Shown here piece by piece: positions 50,066 to 61,461 of a stretch of DNA of 64,000 bases. The stretch lies in assembly GCF_006345805.1 (NCBI RefSeq), contig NC_042997.1, positions 171,554,001 to 171,618,000 on the forward strand, given 5' to 3'. How positions within the stretch are numbered: position 1 is the first letter of the stretch; each line of letters starts with the position of its first letter. Made by a program: the position numbers and the translations under genes. Source of the DNA: Octopus sinensis. Its lineage: Eukaryota. The notes under the pieces are model-generated. The model was not told the origin of the DNA. It worked only from the letters and a program-made list of their open reading frames with translations, and ran no database searches.

Positions 50066-50469
50066 ATAATATATATATATATTTGTGTGTGTATATGTTT
50101 GTCCTCCCACCATTGCTTGACAACCGATGCTGCTGTGTTTACGTACCCGTAACTTAGCAGTTCAGCAAAAGTGACCGATAGAATAAGTACTAGGCTTACA
50201 AAGAATAAGTCCTGGGATTGATTTGCTTGACTAAAGGTGATGTTCCTACATGGCCACAGTCAAATGACTGAAACAAGTAAAAGAATAAAGAATCCCTCTC
50301 TCTCTCTCTCTCTTTATATTCTTTTATTCTTTTATTCTTTTATTCATTTCAGTCATTTTGACTGGCCATGCTGGAGCACCTCCTTTAATCGAGCAAATCA
50401 ACCCCATGACTTATTCTGTGGCATGATGTCATTTAACAGGTAGCCTTGGTGGCATTGATGGGCATGTCA

Positions 50470-51450
50470 TTTGGTTAGGCTGGCTTGTTGATTACTGATG
50501 CTCTTTCATTTCTTGGTAGAGCTGTTTTATCAGCTGTGCATATGGTGGTGTGGGTAGCAGTGCTGTTTTTTTTTTCTGTGATTTTTGGTTTTCTTGATCT
50601 TGCAGGTGTTTTTGTTGTTGTTGTTTTTCTTGTTGTTTTTGTTGCTGTTGCTCCTTGTATATCGGGCAACCAACTTTTATGTAGTTTTTACTGCCGGCAT
50701 GGTTTTCTGCCTTCAACGGCAACATGTACATTGGTACTGTCTGGCAGTTTTATCAAATCTGCTATATTCTCAATTGTATTTTGATTCGCTTGAATCCAGA
50801 TGTCCAGTTCTGTTGATCTTTGACAGCAATTTCCAAGATGTTAATAAAATCTTCAAAATTGTAGCAGATGGCTGACACCTGTCATTGTACTTCAATTTCA
50901 GGGAGCACATCCTTGATTTTTATTATTGTGACCCTACGCCCTAAGTATGTAGGGATCATTAGTATTTCTTCAGACTGCAGTGATTCTGTAGAAAAGACTT
51001 TGGTTTGCTCTTCTGAGTCAAACCTGACTTTGACTATGGCAAATCTTTTGCCCCTTGTAATGTATTTTTTATGTGTCCATATGGGCCTTAAACATTTTTC
51101 GATTATTTGTTGATTTATATTTTCGGGTTTTCCCCTTTTTAAATTGATTGTCTTGTATATAACTGATTTTTTTGTTAATATTTTCTAAAATGTGATGCCA
51201 TGTGTTTAGGTTTATTGTATTACCCTCCTTAGGTAAAAGGTGTCTTGTTTCCATTAGTTGTTGTGGCGTAAATGAAACAACTCATTTTCTTGGCCTTAAA
51301 ACTGAAGCACAGTTACTTTGACTGTTTGTGTTGGGGTTGTTGTTGTTGGTGGTGGTGGTGGTGACAGTACAGTGGTGGTGGCAGTAGACATTTGGTCATT
51401 CTTCTTGCTTTCCTTTCCCACTTGCTTGGGACACTGTTGTCAGTATGTGT
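50470..51450 (-). pseudogene. Decayed LINE ORF1 (gag-like, probably Tx1/L1 type)
   Basis: IPTYLGRRVT.IKI.DV.PEI...LPD.T.VHVAVEGRKPC followed by an eroded zinc knuckle and a Gln/Thr-rich tail. Confidence 0.55.
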
Positions 51451-51799
51451 GTTTATGTTCAACTGTGTGTGTGTGTGTGTGTGTGTGAATGTAATACAAT
51501 GTTTTCTCTCTTCCCTCTAGTGTTCGGCAGTGCAGGGAAATTAGTGTCTAAATAAGATGAAGGAACGCTGGCTGCTTCAGCCAAGTTAGCTATTTTTCAG
51601 GACAGATGGAAAAAAAATTTTTTTAATTAAAACTTAAAAAAAAAAAATGCACCCGCAGGGCAGGGAATTTTGAAAAGCCAATTCAATCACATAAAAGCTG
51701 ATGTTGCTAACCAACTATTGACAAAAATTCAATATAAACAAACATTTATAAATATGAGAAATTGTTTAGACTTATGCAGACAAGGTGACGACAGCCAAT

Positions 51800-51804
51800 C
51801 AATG

Positions 51805-51873
<69 letters not shown>

Positions 51874-51891
51874 GAAGATGGATAGAGATAT

Positions 51892-51961
<70 letters not shown>

Positions 51962-51985
51962 TGATAGATAGGTAGATGGATAGAT
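51800..51985. repeat. (GATA)n microsatellite
   Basis: Two long GATA runs. Confidence 0.95.
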
Positions 51986-52392
51986 GGCATAGTCTTTTGG
52001 CTTGTTAGCTCCTTTCAAACCATCCAACCCATGCTGGCATAAAAAAAAATAGACATTAAATGATGATGATGATGACAACGATGATGTCGGTGATGATGTA
52101 TAAAATATAGTACTATGACAATATTATAAGCTGAGTAACATCCAAGGCAAAAATATTTCTTGACAGTTTCATATGAAATTAGGTTTTACTAAAAGGAAAC
52201 ATTAATTAAATAATCATCAGACATTGCTGGCTGGAAGCCTATAGCTTCGGCGCTTTTGCCCTGAAGATGGGAATAAAATCATCTAGTCATCAAGCCAAAT
52301 AATCTGCAGTAAAATACAGAAAAAAAAATAAAACAAAAAGAAAACAAACAAACCAAAGACAATATGAGATGCAAGGTTGAGTCCCTCTAGAG

Positions 52393-52692
52393 CAGTGGTT
52401 CCCAAAGTGGGCGGTATTGCCCCCCTGAGGGTGGTGGAAACTTCCAAGGGGGTGTTGAAGAAAAGTGGGGCAATAATGGGGTAGTGATTCCTGTAAAATG
52501 TGGGGTGATAATAGGGTAGCGATTCATGTAAAAACAGCAAAATAATGGGTTTGTTAGGTTAAGTTTTATTGTGAAATACAGTTTCTTTGAATTTGCTTGA
52601 GAAAGAGGTCTATGTTTATTTGGGATGGGGGCATTAGGAATGTAACCTGGGTGTCAAGGAGGCAGCAGCCTGGAAAAGTTTGGAAACCACTG
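52393..52692. mobile_element. hAT (Charlie-like) MITE
   Basis: TIR cagtggttcccaaa / tttggaaaccactg with a perfect 8-bp TSD ctctagag. Confidence 0.9.
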
Positions 52693-52929
52693 CTCTAGAG
52701 TTATATCCTTTGGAACTGCTTGGGAAGTCCAAAAGAAAAAAATCTGTAAGTTTGGCTAATAAGTAAGGAGTCTGTAATGCATTTATACATGCATGAGTGA
52801 GGTAGAGTGAAAGGGGTGATGAGAGAAAGAGAAGGCCTGGTGGAGATAGGTGGGAAGATAATTGGCTGGTCTGCTAAGGAGTATTATATGTATGTTTATT
52901 GTGAGCAGAGATGTCTCCCTGTATGTAAT

Positions 52930-53790
52930 GACAGTTGCTAATGAGCTGTTCTGAAGGATTAAAAAGGATCATGTCCCACGGTAATGCCCAATCAAAATTG
53001 GAGAATGATTGCATTGTATTTGCGTTTTTAGCCACTCAGACCAAAATCAGAATGTTGCCCAGTCCACACCATGAGGATGTAAGCTATTGTGGACCATCGT
53101 ACACCATCCCACGGTATATCAAAACAGCTGCTAAAGAGTTGACATTAAAAAGCATGTTGATGTATTGGTGAAGGAGGCAGCCATGTAGTTGATGGTGTGT
53201 CTTCATCAGGACAGCAGAACTGCAATTTCATCCTTTTGGGGCTGGTCAAAGCATCCTTGGTGCTCTCTGATAGGCATTCGGTCACTCCTTGTGATAACTT
53301 TGAAGTTGGACTCACCTGTATATCGGTGCTGTACAGCAGTTTTTGAAGTCCCTCACATATCGGTTGGTGGTTTGGAGCATTTCCTGAAGTTTATTGAAAG
53401 GAGGCATTTTTGTTTTAGGTGCCACCTGAACTCAGCAAGCCGTTTGCTCAGTGGTATTTCCCATGAAGTAAATTTGAAGGAATCGGTGTTCAGCGTTGTT
53501 GACAGGAAGAATAGAACTTATCTGATGATAGGTTTGGCCCTAAATTTTGAATGTTGGCATATAGGAATCTCCATGAATAGATTTGTGACTGACACTTGTC
53601 ATTTGGAAGGCAGAGTTATAAGCATGAATTTTCTGTATAAATTGTTGCAAATCAGGGTGCTGACCAAGGAGTAGAGAACAAAGGCTGAGGAGTGTTTTGA
53701 AGGTCAGGCAAACAAACCTTTCTCTTTGAGCAGAATAGGCCACTGGATTCTCCAACCCACTTGAGGGCTTTACCAAATGAACATATTACA
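52930..53790 (-). pseudogene. Helitron RepHel N-terminal remnant
   Basis: C...KV.LP.L..PQPL..LL.G....F...I..YNSAFQMTS...PTFKIQGQ.YH.I...LP.....FLQIYF, then LLHQYI; contains stops and frameshifts. Confidence 0.8.
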
Positions 53791-53829
53791 GACATATCCC
53801 CTGTAACAGTCTCTCGATGAGAAAACAAG

Positions 53830-54214
53830 GACACCTGTAACCATGTATAGCTTCAGTATCATTAAGTGGAGTCTCACTGATATGCAGAATATGGATGGAA
53901 AGATCCGTAAAATCTTTACACAGTATTGAATGCACCACCCAAAATCAGATGTAGACAGGATTTATCTCCCAAGTAAAATAAGTGGAAGAGGCATGATACA
54001 GCTTGAACAATCCTTCAAATCAACAATAAGAGGCCTTGAAACATACCTTAATACAGCAAGTGATGTGCTCTTACGAACTGCACTGAAGCATGAAGATTCC
54101 AAGCAAGCTTCAGACATGAAGCTTAGGCAGAAATTTAAACAGTCTGCTGGTAGTAATCCTGCTATGCATGCAAGACTCCAGGAGCTCCAACAAAACATGC
54201 GATAAAATAACATG

Positions 54215-54263
<49 letters not shown>

Positions 54264-55190
54264 TAATAATGATAATTGAGGACAAACAATGTGAAGTGTA
54301 GAATTGATAATACAACTAAGAGCAACAAATGCAAAATGTATGGTGAGAAGGATGAAACAGTATGGCACATTGTGAATGCCCAAAATTGGCACAATGCGAA
54401 TACAAAAAAGACAGCATGACGATGTAGTAAGAATGACCTAGAAAGATCAAAGACCAAATCTCAGAGGGAGCTACTGAGAATGAAGATTGTAAAATCCTGT
54501 TGGGTGTGACCATCAGATTAGACATCAAACACCTGGCATCATTGTGGTAAACAGAAAAAGAAAATGACATGCCTGATAATCGATGTAGCATGTCCTAGTG
54601 ATAACAGGATCGAAGAGAAAGAGGAAGAAAAAGTGAACCGTGATGAATTAAATTGAGGAATATGCAGCTTATGGGGCATTTGTGCTGGTGGCACGTGAAA
54701 AAAAAACATTCGAGTGAGGTCGTTGCCAGTGCCGCTGGACTGGCTCCTGTGCAGGTGGCACATAAAAAGCACCATTTGAGTGTGGCTGTTGCCAGTACTG
54801 CCTGACTGGCCCTTGTGCCGGTGGCATGTAAAAGCACCCACTACACTCTCAGAGTGGTTGGTGTTAGGAAGGGCATCCAGCTGTAGAAACTCTGCCAGAT
54901 CAGATTGGAGTCTGGTGCAGCCATCTGGTTCGCCAGACCTCAGTCAAATCGTCCAACCCATGCTAGCATGGAAAGCAGACGTTAAACAATGATGATGATG
55001 ATGATGGTGATGATGGGCAATGATAAGTGGACATGATAACAAGAGTAATCAGCATGCTTAGCAGTATCAGCAGTCAACTACCAGCACGGCTTAAAAAAGA
55101 TTGGTACAAATGTAAAGATAGAACATCTATGAAAATTATCATTGCTTGGAACTGCAAGAGTTCTCAGCAGGGTTATTGAAGCATGATCAG
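53830..55190 (+). mobile_element. R4/Dong LINE remnant interrupted by (TAA)n and an RTE-3'UTR insertion
   Basis: HHPKSDVDRIYLP...GRG.I.LE; CCHC-like KCKM.GEKDETV.HI..CPKLA..EYK.RHD; IIDVACP.D..I.EKEEEK; LLGTARVL. Insertion at ~54,675-55,015. Confidence 0.8.
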
Positions 55191-56079
55191 TAAACAAGCA
55201 TCACCCTTAGTCTGCCAGATGTAGGCTGAAAAATAATCTGAGAGTTTACATAACAAGATAGAAACAAAAGCTTATCAAGGTAATCATTTTATCATTATCT
55301 TCAGCATAAAAGGTAAAGTCAACATTTGTACTCAAAATTTGAACTCTGAATATTTAGCCACATAGCTAAATAAACTGAAAGAGTTTTTTTTTGTTAATTT
55401 ACTATTATTTTCATCCATCACCATCTCAGACTTTTTACCCATCTACAATTTTAAAAAAAATGAGAAATAAACACCTTTAATAAATAATAACGACACAGTT
55501 TTGTTTTTCAATTACTTCTAAGTATGTTCACACATTTTTCTTCATTATTTTCTCTAATTAATAAAAACAGAACCAAAAAATAATGTAAATAAAAGTGTAA
55601 TCTTGTTTGTTAGATTTTATTTGTGAAAACATCTCATCTCGTTATTATTCATAATGGAAATAATATTTATAGTTCAATTCATTTCTTTTGTTATGAGATT
55701 GTTAACTTTAGTTGTTTTTTGGGTTTTTTTTATAACAATTGCTCTCATATTTTGTTCGCTCCTCATTTCTCCTCAGCCTGCTACTGCCATCATTTGTTAC
55801 ATTTTCATAATCATCATCATCATTATCATCATCATTATCAGCAGCAGCAGCTTCATTACTACCACCATCACTACTCTGCTACCACTGCTTCCACAATCAC
55901 CACTTCTACTGCCGCCGCCGCCACCACCACTATTGCCACCACCACCATCACCACCACCATTATCATCATTATCACCACTATCTGCCACCTCACCTCTACT
56001 ACTGTTGTCATCCTCATCCTCTTCTCCTCCTCTTCCTCATCGTCATCATCATCATCAGCACCAACCCATTCTTCCTCTG

Positions 56080-56410
56080 GCTACCATGCTTTAAGAACAT
56101 CCTCCTCCACTGTTAATTTGTCCACCTATGAAATGAAAGCTATCAATTACCTCGAGAAGGAGCCTTCAAACCATTTGAAAGAATTTATTTTATGGGCGAC
56201 TTTACTGCTGATTATGCCTGCACATCTGCTATGCAAAAAGCCCTTCTTTTCTGTCAGATCAATAAGGTGGCTGGCCACTTTTCCTGAAGTTATATACCAT
56301 GGTTGAATCATTTGCATCAGAGAATTCTAAAAGTTTTGGTCTCTCTTCATTTCATGCACTACAACAATAGCCTACATCAACAGAGCAACCATGCTGGTGT
56401 TCCTCGACAA
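56080..56410 (-). pseudogene. Internally deleted RTE fragment
   Basis: Endonuclease-like NEE..LLEF.DAN joined to EVIDSF...GGQINSGGGCS. Confidence 0.55.
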
Positions 56411-57886
56411 GTTAATAATTTTATCAGTTGAGATAATGAGGTCACTCTTATCTGATATCAAGGTAGTCTGCAAGAGGATCTCATAGCAACTGTAATTATA
56501 TTCATTAGTCAATCTTGGTTATGCTGCATAGATAGAAATTACAGTTGCTTTTGTGATACTTATGACTTGTTTGAACCTATTTGTCTCTTACAAACTCTAC
56601 CTCAATCAATTTGTTTGTCAATTTCCTTGTCAATAATATATCTATTTCAACAATTCCAGTGCTGTTAACTGCCTAGAAGAATTTGCACCTGTGTCCGAGC
56701 GTGGCCGTCTGCCAGCCTCGTCTGGCACCTGTGTCGGTGGCACATAAAAACACCATCCGAGCGTGGCCGTTCGCCAGCCTCGTCTGGCACCTGTGTCGGT
56801 GGCACATAAAATCACCCACTACACTCTCGGAGTGGTTGGCGTTAGGAAGGGCATCCAGCTGTAGAAACACTGCCAGATCTGACTGGCCTGGTGCAGCCTT
56901 CGGGCTACCCAGACCCCAGTTGAACCGTCCAACCCATGCTAGCATGGAAAACGGACGCTAAATGATGATGATGATGATGATGTTCAAGTGTGACCAATGT
57001 CAGTTCTGCCAGACTGGTACCTGTGTCAGTGACATGTAAAAAGCACCATTCAAGCATAGCCAATGCCAGTGCCATCTGACTGGCACCCATGCCAGTGGTA
57101 TGTAACAAGCACTATTTGAGCATGGCCAATACCAGTACCGCCTGACTGGCTCCCATGTCGGTGGCATGTAAGAAGCACCCCTTATGCTCTCAGAGTGGTT
57201 GGCATTAAGAAGGGCATCGAGCTATAGAAACCTTGCCAGATCAGATTGGAGCCTGGTGCTGCCTCCCGGCTTGCCAGTTCTCAGTCAAACCACCCAATCC
57301 ATACCAGCATGGAAAGCGGACATTAAACAATGATGATGATGATGATGATGTTCCTTGTCCTCTAGAAGACTTGTTATAAATTTCAGGCTAAAATTATTAT
57401 TTTATATATATATATATATTATATATATATATCACCCATAAAATAAAATAGGTGTGGGAGTGGCTGTGTGGTAAGTAGCTTGCTTATGAACCACATGGTT
57501 CCAGGTTCAGTCTCACTGCATGGCATCTTGGGTAAGTGTCTTCTACTATAGCCTCGGGCTGACCAAAGCCTTGTGAGTGGATTTGGTAGACGGAAACTGA
57601 AAGAAGCCCATCATATATATGCATATATATATATGTATGTGTGTGTGTATACATTTGTGTATCTGTGTTTGTCCCCCAAATATCGCTTGACAACCTGATA
57701 CTGGTGTGTTTACATCCCCGTAACTTAGCGGTTCGGCAAAAGAGACCGATAGAATAAGTACTAGGCTTACAAAGAATAAGTCCTGGGGTCGATTTGCTTG
57801 ACTAAAGGCGGTGCTCCAGCATGGCCTCAGTCAAATGACTGAAACAAGTAAAAGAGTAAAAAAGAATATATATCTTATGTCATAAA

Positions 57887-58399
57887 TCTATATATATAAA
57901 ACTGTAGTTGTGTGAGTGTCTGTCCCCTTCGATTTAGATTCCTAACTACTCCCACATTTTGCGGTGCAGTTTAACCAAATTCGGGTATCTTATAGTCGTG
58001 ATTCATATCGAGCCCGTCTGAGTATTAGCGTGTGTCTACGATGAGTCTACGATTTTAAAAATAATTTAACATCATTTTTTATTCCATTTTAATGCATAAT
58101 TTTTTGTGTGTCGATGGCGGCGGAGTTGGCGTCCATGGTCACACCTGCACCTGTTTGCTTCTCCCCCTTCTTTCCTCCCTCGTGAAGCTGTGGGGAAGGG
58201 AGTGTAAGGAAATCAACGTCGTAAAGCGTTGTCAAGGAGACCAGCGTTCTTTTAGAATAACGACTTCATGGCTTGAAGACACCAAAACAGAAATGGCTAA
58301 GAAAGCCCGAATTGGCATCTATAAGGGAAGTAACTCTCTAAAAATGCTTATATAGTTATTTCCCTTACAAACCCGAGCAACGCCGGGCGATACTGCTAG
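57887..58399 (+). mobile_element. Non-autonomous Helitron with an extra internal segment
   Basis: A|TC...cccgagcaacgccggg...CTAG|T; 58,100-58,320 is absent from the copy at 3,167. Confidence 0.85.
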
Positions 58400-58615
58400 T
58401 TATATATATTGAAATATCATTTAATACATATACAATTAAATGTATCTAAAAACCAGGATGCTGGTCTACAAGAAAACATACGAAAAATGAGAAGAAAAAG
58501 TGAAGCATGGAAAAATAAAGCCTCCCCTTGCATCTGTTTCACAGGGTCTTCAACTTTCTCTAGAAACATTCTAAGATATAGGTTATTCATTGATGTAGGA
58601 ATATTCATCTCTCAC

Positions 58616-58645
58616 TGAATGGAGTACTTGTTTTGTTCTTCCTAT
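58616..58645 (-). CDS. Candidate 30-nt exon (N)RKNKTSTPF
   Basis: ttacagttccattatag|...TTCA|gtgaga; symmetric phase 1. Confidence 0.25.
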
Positions 58646-58822
58646 CTATAATGGAACTGTAAACTATGTAACTTCAAAAACATGGATTTGTACTGCAGCT
58701 TCAATATTCACATTGTTTGGTGTATAGCCATGTAAAGTTGAGGCTCTAAGGATTCTACCAAATTCATACACACCAATATGGAATTATATCACATGGGCTA
58801 CTTCATAAAAAAATTTACTTAC

Positions 58823-58862
58823 TCCAACGAATAACGTATATCATAGGATGCTTAAAAAAAAT
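58823..58862 (-). CDS. Candidate 40-nt exon FFKHPMIYVIRW
   Basis: gagcattttcag|...TGGA|gtaagt; joins in frame only if the T8 run is really T7 or an intervening exon exists. Confidence 0.35.
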
Positions 58863-58987
58863 CTGAAAATGCTCATGAGACAGATGAGATTGAAGGCACT
58901 GCATTAAAAGGTTTAAGTCAAATAAAACAAGTACTTATTGTTTATCCTGTCATGCACAACCCTCTTGTCAAACTAAAATTTGCTTAA

Positions 58988-59197
58988 CCCTTTTGTTACT
59001 GTATTTATTTTGAGATGCTCTGTGTTTCTTTCAGTTACTTTAAATATAACAAGAATTTAGTAAGATAACTTTCAGCTAGTGTTAGTAACATAAATTGTGA
59101 CTAAGGTTTGGTGGAAAATTTTAATTCAAAATTTATGAAAACAAGATATTTGTACTCAGAGCCAGAGCCGGTTTCAGCCAGGGTGGTAATGAAAGGG
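58988..59197. mobile_element. piggyBac-type MITE
   Basis: TTAA|cccttt...aaaggg|TTAA. Confidence 0.8.
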
Positions 59198-60072
59198 TTA
59201 AATGGAGTCTTTACCAACTCTTTACTTAATTGAATTAAATTGTTATTTTATTGGAACTGTGTTATTTAATTTATCCTATCTGATATTATTTATATAGTTA
59301 CAATATAACAATATATCAAATCAGTTTTCTGTTGTTACCGACCATTTTATTTTTTGTCCCCTCAAATTCCAACAAAAATTCCCTCCTTGGCTATTTCAAT
59401 TGAAGTTTCTACACCCCACATCTCAGCATCCTAATATTTCATGAACTATATTTATTGAAGACTTAAACAAGGAATATAATAAACATTGCAGTTTTTAGTT
59501 GAAGAGTATTGTTTCCTAATAAGGAAGAATAGGATTGTTTCAATATTTTAAGAGTTAAATGTTCTTTTATTTTAGTATCATAAATTGAACTTTGCTACAG
59601 ATTGAAATTTGAAATAAAATAAAATACATACATATACATACAAAAGTATAGTATATATAAGCATATGTGTGGTTGTGTGTATCTGTGTGTGTGTGTGGGT
59701 GAGGGTGTATAAAGCTAAAAAAAACAATACTTTATAAGTAGAATGTTACTTATCCATAAGGATTTGGATTAGATCTATTTCAAGATTTCTATTTATTGTT
59801 TTTCTCTTGCATATATATTTATTTATTTATTCCATTTTTGTTAGACATTTCATCTTACTGAAACAAGTATTTTCATAAGTAGAATTTGAAAAGAAGAAGA
59901 AGAAGAAGAAGAAGAAGAAGAAGAAGAAGAGAAGAAGAAGAAGAAAATAATAAAAATATGAAGCAAGCTTAGATTGCAATCCCATAAATTTTATTATATA
60001 AAGATTATTTAAGTGTGTGATCCCAAACACATCTATAGTACAGGAAAAAATCCTACATCAAGCGGAACTCAC

Positions 60073-60131
60073 CAAGGGTTTCATTAAAGTAATCATTATA
60101 AATGCACATACATCCGCTTAAATCAATATTT
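60073..60131 (-). CDS. Candidate 59-nt exon NIDLSGCMCIYNDYFNETL (LRR-like)
   Basis: gacaatcag|...CTTG|gtgagt; phase matches the upstream exons. Confidence 0.45.
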
Positions 60132-60312
60132 CTGATTGTCAGAGATAGCAATATATTTATATATATTTTTTCCCCTTTACAGCTTAGTATTCAATGATTT
60201 GAATAGAACATACAGTGGCTGTCACTTAAAGATTAGCCATGAAATACAGCATTTTAGATCTTTGTAAGTCAAATTAGAAGTGTTGATGGATGTCAAACGA
60301 TTCTCTGTGTAC

Positions 60313-60336
60313 GTGATATATTGTTTTGCTGTATGC
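60313..60336 (-). CDS. Candidate 24-nt exon (R)HTAKQYI(T)
   Basis: Strong acceptor ttctgattctctttag, weak donor gtacac; upstream intron only 59 nt. Confidence 0.3.
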
Positions 60337-60395
60337 CTAAAGAGAATCAGAAGTTATAAAAGAAAGACTAAATACTAAAATACATCATCTCTCAC

Positions 60396-60430
60396 CTGGG
60401 TTCATTCAAGACAAAATATGTCAATACATT
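60396..60430 (-). CDS. Candidate 35-nt exon NVLTYFVLNEP
   Basis: ttcaatcttttcag|...CCCAG|gtgaga. Confidence 0.45.
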
Positions 60431-60506
60431 CTGAAAAGATTGAACGTAGTCTCTTTAGACTATCATGATTGGTAAAAAAAAAAATTGCTCTTTTATTTAT
60501 ACTTAC

Positions 60507-60519
60507 TGGTTCCATCCAA
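60507..60519 (-). CDS. Candidate exon end (W)MEP, possible start codon
   Basis: tggATGGAACCA|gtaagt, phase 0, 76-nt intron to the next exon. Confidence 0.4.
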
Positions 60520-61339
60520 CTGACAGGTGAAATAATATCTAATATGCTTTTTTAATGTCTTGGCGCTATTATGGAAGAACTACTCAGCCTAGGGATCTAA
60601 ACTATGTCTCTTTTAGAGATTTTTTTTTTTTGTTATTTTACCATTAATATTCTAACAATACTTGTCAGAGTTTTAATTCTTTTATTGTATACTCTTTTAC
60701 TCTTTTACTTGTTTCAGTCATTTGACTGCGGCCATGCTGGAGCACCACCTTTAATCAAGCAACTCGACCCCGGGACTTATTCTTTGTAAGCCCAGTACTT
60801 ATTCTTTGTAAGCCCAGTACTTATTCTATCGGTCTCTTTTGCCGAACCGCTAAGTGACGGAGACATAAACACACCAGAATCGGTTGTCAAGCAATGCTAG
60901 GGGGACAAACACAGACACACAAACACACACATACATATATATACATATATACGACAGGCTTCTTTCAGTTTCCGTCTACCAAATCCACTCACAAGGCTTT
61001 GGTCGGCCCGGGGCTATAGCAGGAGACACTTGCCCAAGATGCCACGCAGTGGGACTGAACCTGAAACCATGTGGTTGGTTAGCAAGCTACTTTATTTCAT
61101 TTAATTTGCCACAAGGGCAGTACACAGATAGTAGCTACGGGCTGGACATAGACATTAATGAATGATGGTGATGGAATGAAGATGGTGATGGGAGAAGACG
61201 AAAGCACCCACTGATCCCCGCTTCTCTAAGACAATGTTCTTTTTTCAATAATTTTACAAAATTTCCAAAATTTCACAAAAATACAAAAATTTCAAATTTT
61301 ACAAATCACAATTTCGAAAGATTTTCCAGAGGCAATAAA

Positions 61340-61445
61340 CCTCTATCACAATATAACACAAATACAGGTTCACGTTACCCGACCGATGAACGCTCTTGCT
61401 TTATTGACGCAATCGTTCGTCGTCAGGCCCTCGCATACAGGTATA
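61340..61445 (-). promoter_or_regulatory. CpG-dense patch, possible promoter or first exon
   Basis: Many CpGs in an AT-rich context, TGACGCAA (C/EBP-ATF-like) motif, minus-strand donor CGG|gtaacg. Confidence 0.2.
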
Positions 61446-61461
61446 ATTTGATAGGAGTCCT

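Noticed and set aside
49197-50123. 308-aa ORF as an intact protein
   Set aside because: The N-terminus comes from an adjacent SINE/microsatellite and the RTE part has internal deletions.
52255-52285. Hammerhead-like ctgaagatggg
   Set aside because: No stem II closure or GAAAC.
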